64,000 bases of DNA, taken from an uncultured delta proteobacterium. Lineage in GTDB: Bacteria > Myxococcota_A > Polyangia > Fen-1088. Positions 19,054-26,682 of the stretch are shown piece by piece. Location of the stretch: positions 1,120,001 to 1,184,000 of the forward strand of contig CAVYGB010000008.1 in the NCBI GenBank assembly GCA_963767925.1. The letters are read 5' to 3'. The first letter of the stretch is position 1; the number at the start of each line of letters is the position of its first letter. The translations under genes and the position numbers were made by a program. The notes beneath the pieces were generated by a model. That model worked only from the letters and a program-made list of their open reading frames with translations. It ran no database searches and had not been told where the DNA came from.

Positions 19054-19274
19054 CGGCTGCGCAGGTAGACGCGAACCGCCTCCTTGACCTGCGCCGGCAT
19101 CTCGAGGGCCAGCGCCTGCCGCGAGATCTCGGGGGTGCGGCGGTAAGTCTCGAAAAACGTGACACAGGGGGCGCACACCGAGAGATGGCGCTGGAACCGT
19201 CCTTGCTCCTCTTCGGGGAGGACTCCCTCCAGGTATTCGAGGCAGAAATCCAGCACGTCCTGGCAGCCGATCAT
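19041..19274 (-). CDS. Small zinc-binding anti-sigma-like protein (zf-HC2, 77 aa)
   Basis: MIGCQDVLDFCLEYLEGVLPEEEQGRFQRHLSVCAPC contains HxxxCxxC. RBS GAGG present. Overlaps the start of the TPR/HEAT gene. Confidence 0.8.
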   Translation of the reverse strand: MIGCQDVLDFCLEYLEGVLPEEEQGRFQRHLSVCAPCVTFFETYRRTPEISRQALALEMPAQVKEAVRVYLRSRCAP

Positions 19275-19345
19275 GTCCTCACTCCCGAAGCCGGGCCGAA
19301 ATATAACCGACGTGAACGAATTCCGCACAACCTGGGGCGGCGATG

Positions 19346-19353
19346 GCCGATAA
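19346..19353 (+). promoter_or_regulatory. Possible sigma28/FliA-type -10 element upstream of the sctP-like gene
   Basis: Exact GCCGATAA, 8 nt before ATG 19362. The expected -35 position reads ACAA, a weak match to TAAA. Confidence 0.35.
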
Positions 19354-19361
19354 AGCCCTCC

Positions 19362-20189
19362 ATGGTGCAGCGAATCGCAGGGAAGGACTCCGCCTCCAGC
19401 GCTTCGGATGCTCAGGGCCCGAAGCGTCAAGAGGAGCGTGCCCCGGCGGACCGCGCCGCCAAGTTCCGCGACATGCTCGGCCCCGGAGCTCAGCGCGAAG
19501 CCGCCGGGCAGGAGCGGGCCAAGAACGCCGGCCGTGCTGGGGCCGAGGGTGCGCCCGGGGCGGCGGGCGCGACCGCGGGCACGAAGCCGAACGGCGCCGG
19601 CCAGGCTGACCCAGGCGGCGCCGGGGCAACCGGTCGGTCCGGACCGGGTACGCCCGCCGAGGTCGCCGCAGCCGCCAGGGACTTGCAGGCTGCCCTGGAC
19701 GAGATCGGAGTGAAGGCCACCCAGGTGCGCGGCGGGGGCGGCAAGGCGGGCGGCGAAGACGCTGGCGGAGAGGCCGCCGCTCTCGGCGCCCAGCTCGCCA
19801 GCGCCATGGGCGCCCCTTCCTGGGGGCGGCCGGAGGGGCCGACCCGGGTCGAGGCCGCCGGCCGGATGATGCCCGCCGAGATGGAGGGCATGGAGAAGAT
19901 GCACAGGCTCCTCATCGGCCAGGGGCCGCAGGGAGCCGAGGCTCGGCTGTCGATCACCGACGGTCCGCTGGCCGGGGCGCAGATCCACCTCAAGACCGGC
20001 CCGGGCGGGGTCCAGGCCGCTGTCTCGACCAGCACCGAATCGTCGCGCCAGACCCTGGTCTCGGCGATGGAAGAGGTCGCCCGCCGCATGAAGGACAAGG
20101 GCCACCGCCTGAGCGTTCAGCAGGCTCCACCGCCCACCCGTCCCGAGCACTCCGGCTGGCCACCCGACCAGGGGGGACAGACTCCCTGA
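19362..20189 (+). CDS. SctP/FliK-like ruler / substrate-switch candidate
   Basis: Long low-complexity Gly/Ala N-terminal region, then a compact C-domain (EARLSITDGPLAGAQIHLK..GVQAAV..LVSAMEEVARRMKDKG) resembling FliK_C/T3S4. Lies directly upstream of sctQ. Confidence 0.55.
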   Translation: MVQRIAGKDSASSASDAQGPKRQEERAPADRAAKFRDMLGPGAQREAAGQERAKNAGRAGAEGAPGAAGATAGTKPNGAGQADPGGAGATGRSGPGTPAEVAAAARDLQAALDEIGVKATQVRGGGGKAGGEDAGGEAAALGAQLASAMGAPSWGRPEGPTRVEAAGRMMPAEMEGMEKMHRLLIGQGPQGAEARLSITDGPLAGAQIHLKTGPGGVQAAVSTSTESSRQTLVSAMEEVARRMKDKGHRLSVQQAPPPTRPEHSGWPPDQGGQTP

Positions 20190-20218
20190 CCGGCGGAGAC
20201 CGTCGGAGAGCGGGCTGA

Positions 20219-21301
20219 ATGGCCAGGCAGGTCAAGGCCTTCGCCTACGAGGGATTACCCACCGTGCCCGCGATGTCCGTGGCCAACGCCCGATCGCTGG
20301 CCCGGGCCCTGGCCGCGAGCGGCGGCTTCGGGACGATCAACGCGCGTGGGCTCGGCCGCCTGCAGCTCGCGGTCGAGCGGGTGGATGTCAGCCCGTGGAA
20401 GGGCGATCCGGGAGCGCACCCCTCGCCCGAGACCGGCTTCATGCTCGTCCGGGTCGACGGTACGTTCGGCTGCGTGACGGTGGAGCGCTTCTTCGCCCTG
20501 GGCCTCGTGCGGATGGTTCTGGGGGCGCCCGCGCCGCCGGTGTTGCGGCCGCTGAGCCCTTCGGAGCGGGGCGTGCTGGGGGCCATCGTGGCCGCGGTGC
20601 TGGCCTCGACCGGAGGGAGCACGCGGGTCTCGCTCGAACGGCCGCGGCCCCCCGAGGGGGAATACGTCGGGTTGAACCTGCTGGCGCGCACGTCGACCCT
20701 GTCTGGCGGCGCCTTGCTGGAGCTCCCGGTGAGCTGGTTGCCGGCCCGGGCCGGCCCGCTGTCCGCGGATGCGAGCTGGCTGCTCGAGACCGTCCTCGTG
20801 ATCGAGGCCGGCAGGACCTCGCTGCCAGGCGGCGCTTTTGCGACCGCCGAGGTTGGCGACGTGGTGGTTTTTGAGGGAGTATCTGCCCTTCGTGATGACT
20901 CCCCGTGGCCTTGCGAGCTGCGCCTCGGTCCCAACCGAGCCCCGGCGCTGCTGGTATCCAGTGGAGAGCTGCGCCTCGAGGCAGCCTTCGTCCTCGGCCC
21001 GCAACCGGCGGCAGAGTCCGACATGAGCGACGAGCAGGATCCCCGCGCGGAGGGCTTCGCGCCGGAAGCCGCGGCGGTGCTGGCCTCGGCCCCGGTCGAG
21101 ATCGTGGCCGAGCTAGGCCGGATTGCCCTGCGAGGGGACGAGGTGCTCGGCTTGACCAGCGGCTCGGTGCTGCCGCTCGGTCCCCGCCGGCGGGACCTGG
21201 TCACCTTGCGGGTGGGGGGCCGGATCTGGGCCCGGGGCGAGCTGGTTCACATCGAAGAGGAGCTCGGCGTTCGCATCACCGAGGTCCTCCGACCGCGCTA
21301 G
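20219..21301 (+). CDS. sctQ: T3SS C-ring protein SctQ (FliM/FliN SpoA domains)
   Basis: C-terminal SpoA motif PVEIVAELGRIAL..GSVLPL..VTLRVGGRIWARGELVHIEEELGVRITEV, plus an earlier degenerate SpoA segment (VIEAGRTSL..EVGDVVV). Confidence 0.8.
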   Translation: MARQVKAFAYEGLPTVPAMSVANARSLARALAASGGFGTINARGLGRLQLAVERVDVSPWKGDPGAHPSPETGFMLVRVDGTFGCVTVERFFALGLVRMVLGAPAPPVLRPLSPSERGVLGAIVAAVLASTGGSTRVSLERPRPPEGEYVGLNLLARTSTLSGGALLELPVSWLPARAGPLSADASWLLETVLVIEAGRTSLPGGAFATAEVGDVVVFEGVSALRDDSPWPCELRLGPNRAPALLVSSGELRLEAAFVLGPQPAAESDMSDEQDPRAEGFAPEAAAVLASAPVEIVAELGRIALRGDEVLGLTSGSVLPLGPRRRDLVTLRVGGRIWARGELVHIEEELGVRITEVLRPR

Positions 21302-22683
21302 GCCGGCGCAGGTACCGGGCTCAGGACGGTGGCGGCGGGCGCCTCCGGGGGGGGCTGGCTCAGGGTCTCGAACAGGACGGCCGCGCTGCTCCACCTTGGG
21401 GCGTTGCGCATGAGCGAGGCGGGTAAGGCCGACCAGAGATCACTCTGGGCGCGAAGGCCGAGGGCCCGTCGGAGCGTGCCCAGGAGCTCGAAGGAGCTGC
21501 CCGCGCCGTAAAGCAGCCCGGTCCCGGTTGCCGATCCGGGGTCGAAGTCGACGAGGAAGTCGGCGAAGGCACCGGCATCGGGGGCCAGGGGAAGGGTCCC
21601 GTAGCGGAGGCTGAGCCCGGCGCTACGGCCGGTCAGCTCGTTTTCGCTGCAGAGCAGGAGGGCGTCGGCGGCCGCCAGCAGCTCCCGCCGGGCCAGCGGG
21701 TCCCCGTCGGTCACCACGGCGATCTTTCCCGGGTTCTGGATGGCAAGCAGCTTGGCCTTCTCGTTGAGAGCCCGGTCGGTCCCCGCGGTCAGGATGACCG
21801 AGACGTCGAGGCCCGAGAGCTGGGAGAGCGCCGCGATCACGGCCCCGGATTCCGGCCCTGGCTCGAGGGGCAAGGTTGCCACCAGCAACGTGCGGGGCCC
21901 GACCGCCAGGGACAGGCGCCGGGCGAGCGCCTTCCGGCATTCGGTCTTGCCGGCGGCGGTGTTCTCGGCCGAGTAGTGGAAGGAGACGGCCGGGTCGCTC
22001 TGGGGGTCGTGGGGCGCGTCGTCGCAGCCCATCTTGACCACCGCGATGGGTTGATCCGAGGCGAGCGCGGTCAGCGCCGGGTGCTGGGCCAGGGCCGCAG
22101 CCGCGGTGGGGCTGGGCACCACCATGGCGTCTGACGAGATGATGCCGCGGGCGAGCAGGGAGCGCCCGGCGCCCAGGTCGTCGACCTCGGCCAGGGCAGC
22201 GACCTCCTCCTGAGGAAGCGGTTCGCCGGCCTGACCCTCCGGCACGACGAAGATCCGACGCGGGCTGTTCGGCCCCGTGATGGCGGAGAGCGCGCCTGCG
22301 GCGGTCTCGCCCCAGCCGACGACGAGCGACGGCCGGAAGAGCCCATCGGCAGCGAGAGCCGCGGCGGCGCTGCCGAGCAGCGCCGCTGTCCGCCCCCGCG
22401 ACCCGGGCTCTACCGCCAGGACGAACAGATGCGCCGCGCTCCCCGACGCCCGTCCTTCATAAAGTGGTACGGCCAGCGGTTGCCCGCCGACCGAGACGTT
22501 GACCGTACGCAGACGCCGAGCCAGACCGGGCTGGCTCGCCGCCTGCTCCGGCGTTGCCTGCGACAGGACGCAGACCCGCCGGTTGGAAGAGGCGAAGGCG
22601 GCGGCCAGGCCCGTGGCACCGGCTGCCGCTGCGCCTTCGGCCAGCGGGGCGATCGCTTCGGCGACGATGACGTAATCGGACAT
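21298..22683 (-). CDS. Glycogen synthase (GT5/GlgA)-like protein with degenerate catalytic motifs
   Basis: GlgA landmarks are present (VAEAIAPLA, DAMVVPSP, DPQSDP..HYSAENT.AGKTECRKAL, AADALL, LRYGTLPL), but KxGGL, HDW and R..K motifs are absent. Confidence 0.7.
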   Translation of the reverse strand: MSDYVIVAEAIAPLAEGAAAAGATGLAAAFASSNRRVCVLSQATPEQAASQPGLARRLRTVNVSVGGQPLAVPLYEGRASGSAAHLFVLAVEPGSRGRTAALLGSAAAALAADGLFRPSLVVGWGETAAGALSAITGPNSPRRIFVVPEGQAGEPLPQEEVAALAEVDDLGAGRSLLARGIISSDAMVVPSPTAAAALAQHPALTALASDQPIAVVKMGCDDAPHDPQSDPAVSFHYSAENTAAGKTECRKALARRLSLAVGPRTLLVATLPLEPGPESGAVIAALSQLSGLDVSVILTAGTDRALNEKAKLLAIQNPGKIAVVTDGDPLARRELLAAADALLLCSENELTGRSAGLSLRYGTLPLAPDAGAFADFLVDFDPGSATGTGLLYGAGSSFELLGTLRRALGLRAQSDLWSALPASLMRNAPRWSSAAVLFETLSQPPPEAPAATVLSPVPAPA

Positions 22684-22740
22684 GTTACAGCCGACCAGTA
22701 CCTCGAGCGCACCGGCCTTGGCTAGCGATAACGGACGTAT

Positions 22741-22806
22741 TCAGGCGGGAGCGGCTATCTCTCTCGAGTGGGGTGAGCCACCCGGAAGTGGGCTGCGCCC
22801 GCCTGA
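22741..22806. other. Long intergenic stem-loop between cdbA and the glgA-like gene
   Basis: TCAGGCGGG (22741) pairs with CCCGCCTGA (ends 22806); inner stems are also present. Confidence 0.55.
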
Positions 22807-22828
22807 CGCGTCTGGGCCGCTGGGGGGA

Positions 22829-23032
22829 CTATTCGTTGGCGCCCCGTTCATCTTCCTCGCCGGGGAACTCGTTCACCGACGGGTACTTCATGATCTCCTT
22901 GCGAGAGATCTTCCACGCCTTCTGCACTATCCAGGAAAGCGAGCGATCCTGACGCGTCGCCTCCTCCTGAATCTCCTTAAGCATTTCCTCAGGAAAATAG
23001 AGACTCTGTTTCCTCTTGTCGGAACCAGCCAT
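22829..23032 (-). CDS. cdbA: CdbA-like ribbon-helix-helix, c-di-GMP-binding nucleoid protein (TIGR04563 family)
   Basis: 67 aa: MAGSDKRKQSLYFPEEMLKEIQEEATRQDRSLSWIVQKAWKI.., recognised as the MXAN_4361/4362 family. Confidence 0.88.
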   Translation of the reverse strand: MAGSDKRKQSLYFPEEMLKEIQEEATRQDRSLSWIVQKAWKISRKEIMKYPSVNEFPGEEDERGANE

Positions 23033-23074
23033 GAAGCCCCCCCGGTGGTGGTGGAATGCGCTTTGGGGTGCAGG

Positions 23075-23104
23075 CATCTACGTGTGTACTGCCCACACTG
23101 TCAA
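23075..23104 (-). promoter_or_regulatory. Sigma70-type promoter of cdbA
   Basis: Minus strand TTGACA-N18-TAGATG, 42 nt upstream of the start codon. Confidence 0.45.
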
Positions 23105-23592
23105 GGTCTGCGGCATCATATCACCCACCTGGCGATCCTTGATACCTTTTTCTACACAGGCTTCGTTGCCGAGGGCGTGAAGTCTTGGTGAAGGCCTCTG
23201 TCAGGGGCCTCGGATGGTGCGCGGTTTCCCCGCATTTTTTGCGGTTTTCGCCTGGTTCCTTGCTCTTGGTTCCTTGGTCCGGGCCTGGTTTTTCGTCACG
23301 AGGCTCTGGCGAATTTTTTCGCGATCTTTCGTCAGTCGCGTGCAGTCGCCTGGTGCGCCTGGGTCCTCCTGCTCACGGGGTTTGCATCCGGGGGTGCTCT
23401 CGGCTAGCGGCGACGCCGGCGGCCGGCGGCGGTCGTGAAACGCTGCTCGGTCCAGTCTGGACACGGGTCGTCGAGCGGGCATTTTTGGCGACCGAGGTCG
23501 GTTATCGACCCTTGAGGCTTGGACTTTGGCGGCGGCAAAGGCTGCGGTAGACTCGCCCGACACCACGGGTTAACCTCGGAAAAAGGGGCCTT

Positions 23593-23970
23593 ATGGAAGG
23601 GTCAGGACTCAAGAAGAAGGATCTCAAGCGGTTTCGGGAAGTCTTGCTAGCGAGGAAAAGGGAGATTCTGCGCAACGCCCAGCGGACCCTGAGTGAGGAC
23701 ATGACGCTGGAGACGGACGACCTGCCCGACGAGATGGACCTGGCGTCCTCCGAGTACCTCCAGTCCTTCACCTTTCGCCTCAGGGGCCGAGAGAAGACCT
23801 TCCTCCAGAAGATCGATCACGCCCTTGGCCGGATCGACGATGGGAGCTTCGGGCTCTGCGAACAGTGCGGGGAGCCGATCTCCCTGAAGCGCCTTGAGGC
23901 GCGCCTCGAGACCACGCTCTGCATCCGCTGCAAAGAGGATCAGGAGCGCATGGAAAAGGCGTACGGCTGA
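23593..23970 (+). CDS. dksA: RNA polymerase-binding protein DksA (C4 zinc finger)
   Basis: DEMDLA (DxxDxA) coiled-coil tip; CEQC..RL..CIRC zinc finger. Confidence 0.9.
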   Translation: MEGSGLKKKDLKRFREVLLARKREILRNAQRTLSEDMTLETDDLPDEMDLASSEYLQSFTFRLRGREKTFLQKIDHALGRIDDGSFGLCEQCGEPISLKRLEARLETTLCIRCKEDQERMEKAYG

Positions 23971-23989
23971 CGGATCCGGGCGGCTCCCG

Positions 23990-25468
23990 TCAGATCGACT
24001 CGCAGAACTCGATCTGACGGGGGACCTTGTGCGGGGCCAGGCTCCGCGCGCAGTGGTCGATCAGGTCGTCGGCGCGGCAGCCGGGGGCGGCCACCACCCG
24101 GGCGACCATCGTCGGGTTCCCGGCCTCGTCGATGGACAGCCGGGCCTCGGCCTCCCGGACCTTGGCGAAGGACTCCAGGCAGCCCGCCACCTCGCCCAGG
24201 GCCACCCGCTTGCCGTCGATCTTCACCAGGTCGTCCTCGCGTCCCCTGAGGATCAGGCGGCCTGCCCGGTCCTGATAGCCCAGATCCCCGGTGTGGAACC
24301 ATCCCTCCGGATCGGAGCTGCCGATCGGGACGGTGCCGGCCCGGAGAGGAACCCGCACCGGGGGCACGAACTGGCGGCTGGTCCCGCTGGAGCGCACCCA
24401 GATCGGCTGCGGGGTGTCGGGACCGGCGGCCGGGCCCCCGTCGCCCGGTCCGAGCCGGATCTCCACACCCTCGAGCGGCTTGCCCACCGCCGCCGGCTCC
24501 TTCCCTGATTTTTCCAGGGTGATCGGTCCGGTCTCGGTCGCGTGGTAGCAGGAGAGGAGCCGGACCCGGAAGCGTTCGTAGAACGAGTCGGCCAGCGCGG
24601 TGGGCAGGGGGGACCCCGAGCTGAGGAACCGCGCCTTCTTGACCTGCAGCGGTTTGACCGCCACCTCGCGGGCCAGCCCGCCGAACAGCGGCGGGCTCCC
24701 CGGAAAGACGTCGATTCGCTCGTCCCGCAAGAGCTTGGTCAGCCGCTTGCTCGAGACCTCGTCTTCGAGATACATGGTGGCGCCACACAGGAACGGCGCC
24801 AGCATCCCGACGTCGAGGCCGAAGCTGTGGTGCAGGGGGGCCGCATCGAGCACCCGCTCCTCGGGCCGGAGCTCGAGGGCCGCCGCCAAGGTCTCGGCGA
24901 TCGCCTGCAGCTCCCCTTCCGAGCGGACGATCCCCTTGGGATCCCCCCCCGCATCGCCCGTGAAGAGCACCATCGAGGGGGTCACGCCGTCTTCCAGCTC
25001 GGGGGCCGGGCGGCGGTAGAGATGGACGTTCAGCAGCGTGCCCTGCAACCGGCGCCGGCCTTCGGGCTGGACCCGGCTGAGGTTCTTGCGGCCGTCCGCC
25101 CGTGCGGGCGAGGCCGGGGCGGGGGTGGGCGCGTCCCCGCCGTGGGGCCGGGTGACCAGGGCCCGCAGGGGTGCGGCCTCCAGGATCATGTCGAGCTCCC
25201 GGCTGGCGGTGGTTGGATCGAGGGGGACCAGCACCGCCTCCAGCTTGGAGCAGGCAGCGGCCAGGATGACGAACTCGGGAACGTTGCCCAGCATGACCCC
25301 CACCCAGGTACCAGGGACGACACCGACCGAGGCCAGCTCCTGCGCGCGACGGTCTGCCCGATGGGCCAGCCCCCGCCACGACAGATAGGTGTCCCGATAT
25401 ACCAGCGCCGTGCCGCCACCCCCCTGGTCCTTGATGATCCGTTGCAGCCAATCGTACAGGAGCGGCAT
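23990..25468 (-). CDS. AMP-binding (ANL) acyl-CoA-ligase-like protein with degenerate motifs
   Basis: GWFHTGDLG and [11 protein letters not shown] are present. The P-loop reads [11 protein letters not shown], and the protein ends at [13 protein letters not shown]. Confidence 0.8.
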   Translation of the reverse strand: MPLLYDWLQRIIKDQGGGGTALVYRDTYLSWRGLAHRADRRAQELASVGVVPGTWVGVMLGNVPEFVILAAACSKLEAVLVPLDPTTASRELDMILEAAPLRALVTRPHGGDAPTPAPASPARADGRKNLSRVQPEGRRRLQGTLLNVHLYRRPAPELEDGVTPSMVLFTGDAGGDPKGIVRSEGELQAIAETLAAALELRPEERVLDAAPLHHSFGLDVGMLAPFLCGATMYLEDEVSSKRLTKLLRDERIDVFPGSPPLFGGLAREVAVKPLQVKKARFLSSGSPLPTALADSFYERFRVRLLSCYHATETGPITLEKSGKEPAAVGKPLEGVEIRLGPGDGGPAAGPDTPQPIWVRSSGTSRQFVPPVRVPLRAGTVPIGSSDPEGWFHTGDLGYQDRAGRLILRGREDDLVKIDGKRVALGEVAGCLESFAKVREAEARLSIDEAGNPTMVARVVAAPGCRADDLIDHCARSLAPHKVPRQIEFCESI

Positions 25469-25732
25469 TGGGGTGCAGCGCGGAGGTTCGCGTCGGGCAG
25501 TCTAACGGTCAGAGGTGGTCCCCACAAGCGAAGGGCATTGGTCCCTCGCGTTGCAGAGCCCGCCGCGAGCGCCTCCCAGGTCCCGGGGAGCAGGTCCGCC
25601 GAGCGGGTCGAGGAGCGTGGATTGCACCCATTGGGCCACAAGGTGGGCGGATATGCACCGCAGACGTGTATGCTCTGCCGCGTCCCTGTCTTTACGCGGC
25701 GTCTTTCCTGCCATAACCTTGGAGAGCGTCCC

Positions 25733-26650
25733 TTGGCTAAAACACCTCCTCGCCGCGAGACCGCCGAGTCGGATCACGTCCGCGCCAAGACGGTCGTCAC
25801 GAGCATTAGCAAGATCACCGACCGGGCGCCGGGGAAGGAAGCGTGCCTGGTCGTGATCTACGGAAACGACCTGGGCAAGAAGTACAACCTCGACGCGGCC
25901 ACCCTGGTGCTCGGTCGCTCTTCCAAGTGCGACATCCAGATCGACCAGGAGTCGGTCTCGCGTGCCCACTCGAAGATCATCAACACCGGCAAGTCGATCC
26001 GCATCCGCGACCTGGGTTCGACGAACGGCACCTACGTCAACGACGAGCCGATCGAGGAGCGGGTGCTCGGCGACGGCGACCTGATCAAGATCGGCCGGAC
26101 CATCTTCAAGTTCCTCTCGGGCGGCAACATCGAGCGCGCTTACCACGAGGAGATCTACCGCCTCACCACCATCGATGGTCTGACCCAGATCTACAACAAG
26201 CGGTATTTCCTGGAGACGCTCGAGCGGGAGATCGCCCGCTCCAGCCGCTACCGGCGCGACATGTCCCTGGTGCTGTTCGACATCGACCACTTCAAGAAGA
26301 TCAACGACACCTTCGGGCACCTGGCGGGGGATCAGGTGCTCAAGGTCCTGGCCTCCACGGTGAAGACCAAGATCCGGCGTGAGGACCTCTTCGCCCGCTA
26401 CGGCGGAGAGGAGTTCGCCATCGTCCTGCCCGAGATCGACGGGTACAACGCCCATCAGTTCGCGGAGAAGGTGCGGCGGATCGTCGAGACCACCGAGTTC
26501 ACCTTCGAGGACACCCGCATCCCCGTCACCATCTCGATGGGGGTGGCCACCCTGGACGCCGAGACCGCCGACTCGGCCGCACTCATCAAGCGCGCCGACG
26601 ATCGCCTGTACGAGGCGAAAAAAGGCGGCCGCAACTGTGTGCGCGGCTAG
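25733..26650 (+). CDS. FHA-GGDEF diguanylate cyclase
   Basis: TTG start with GGAGAG RBS. FHA (LGR..SRAH..STNG), then [13 protein letters not shown]-site RRED and active site GGEEF. Confidence 0.92.
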   Translation: MAKTPPRRETAESDHVRAKTVVTSISKITDRAPGKEACLVVIYGNDLGKKYNLDAATLVLGRSSKCDIQIDQESVSRAHSKIINTGKSIRIRDLGSTNGTYVNDEPIEERVLGDGDLIKIGRTIFKFLSGGNIERAYHEEIYRLTTIDGLTQIYNKRYFLETLEREIARSSRYRRDMSLVLFDIDHFKKINDTFGHLAGDQVLKVLASTVKTKIRREDLFARYGGEEFAIVLPEIDGYNAHQFAEKVRRIVETTEFTFEDTRIPVTISMGVATLDAETADSAALIKRADDRLYEAKKGGRNCVRG

Positions 26651-26682
26651 TTCGAAGACGGTGCGCTGACAGCGGCTAGCGG

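Noticed and set aside
23033..23592. Possible replication origin, or the 121-aa ORFs in the AT-richer spacer
   Set aside because: No DnaA boxes or dnaA/parAB context seen; the ORFs have atypical codons and no motifs.
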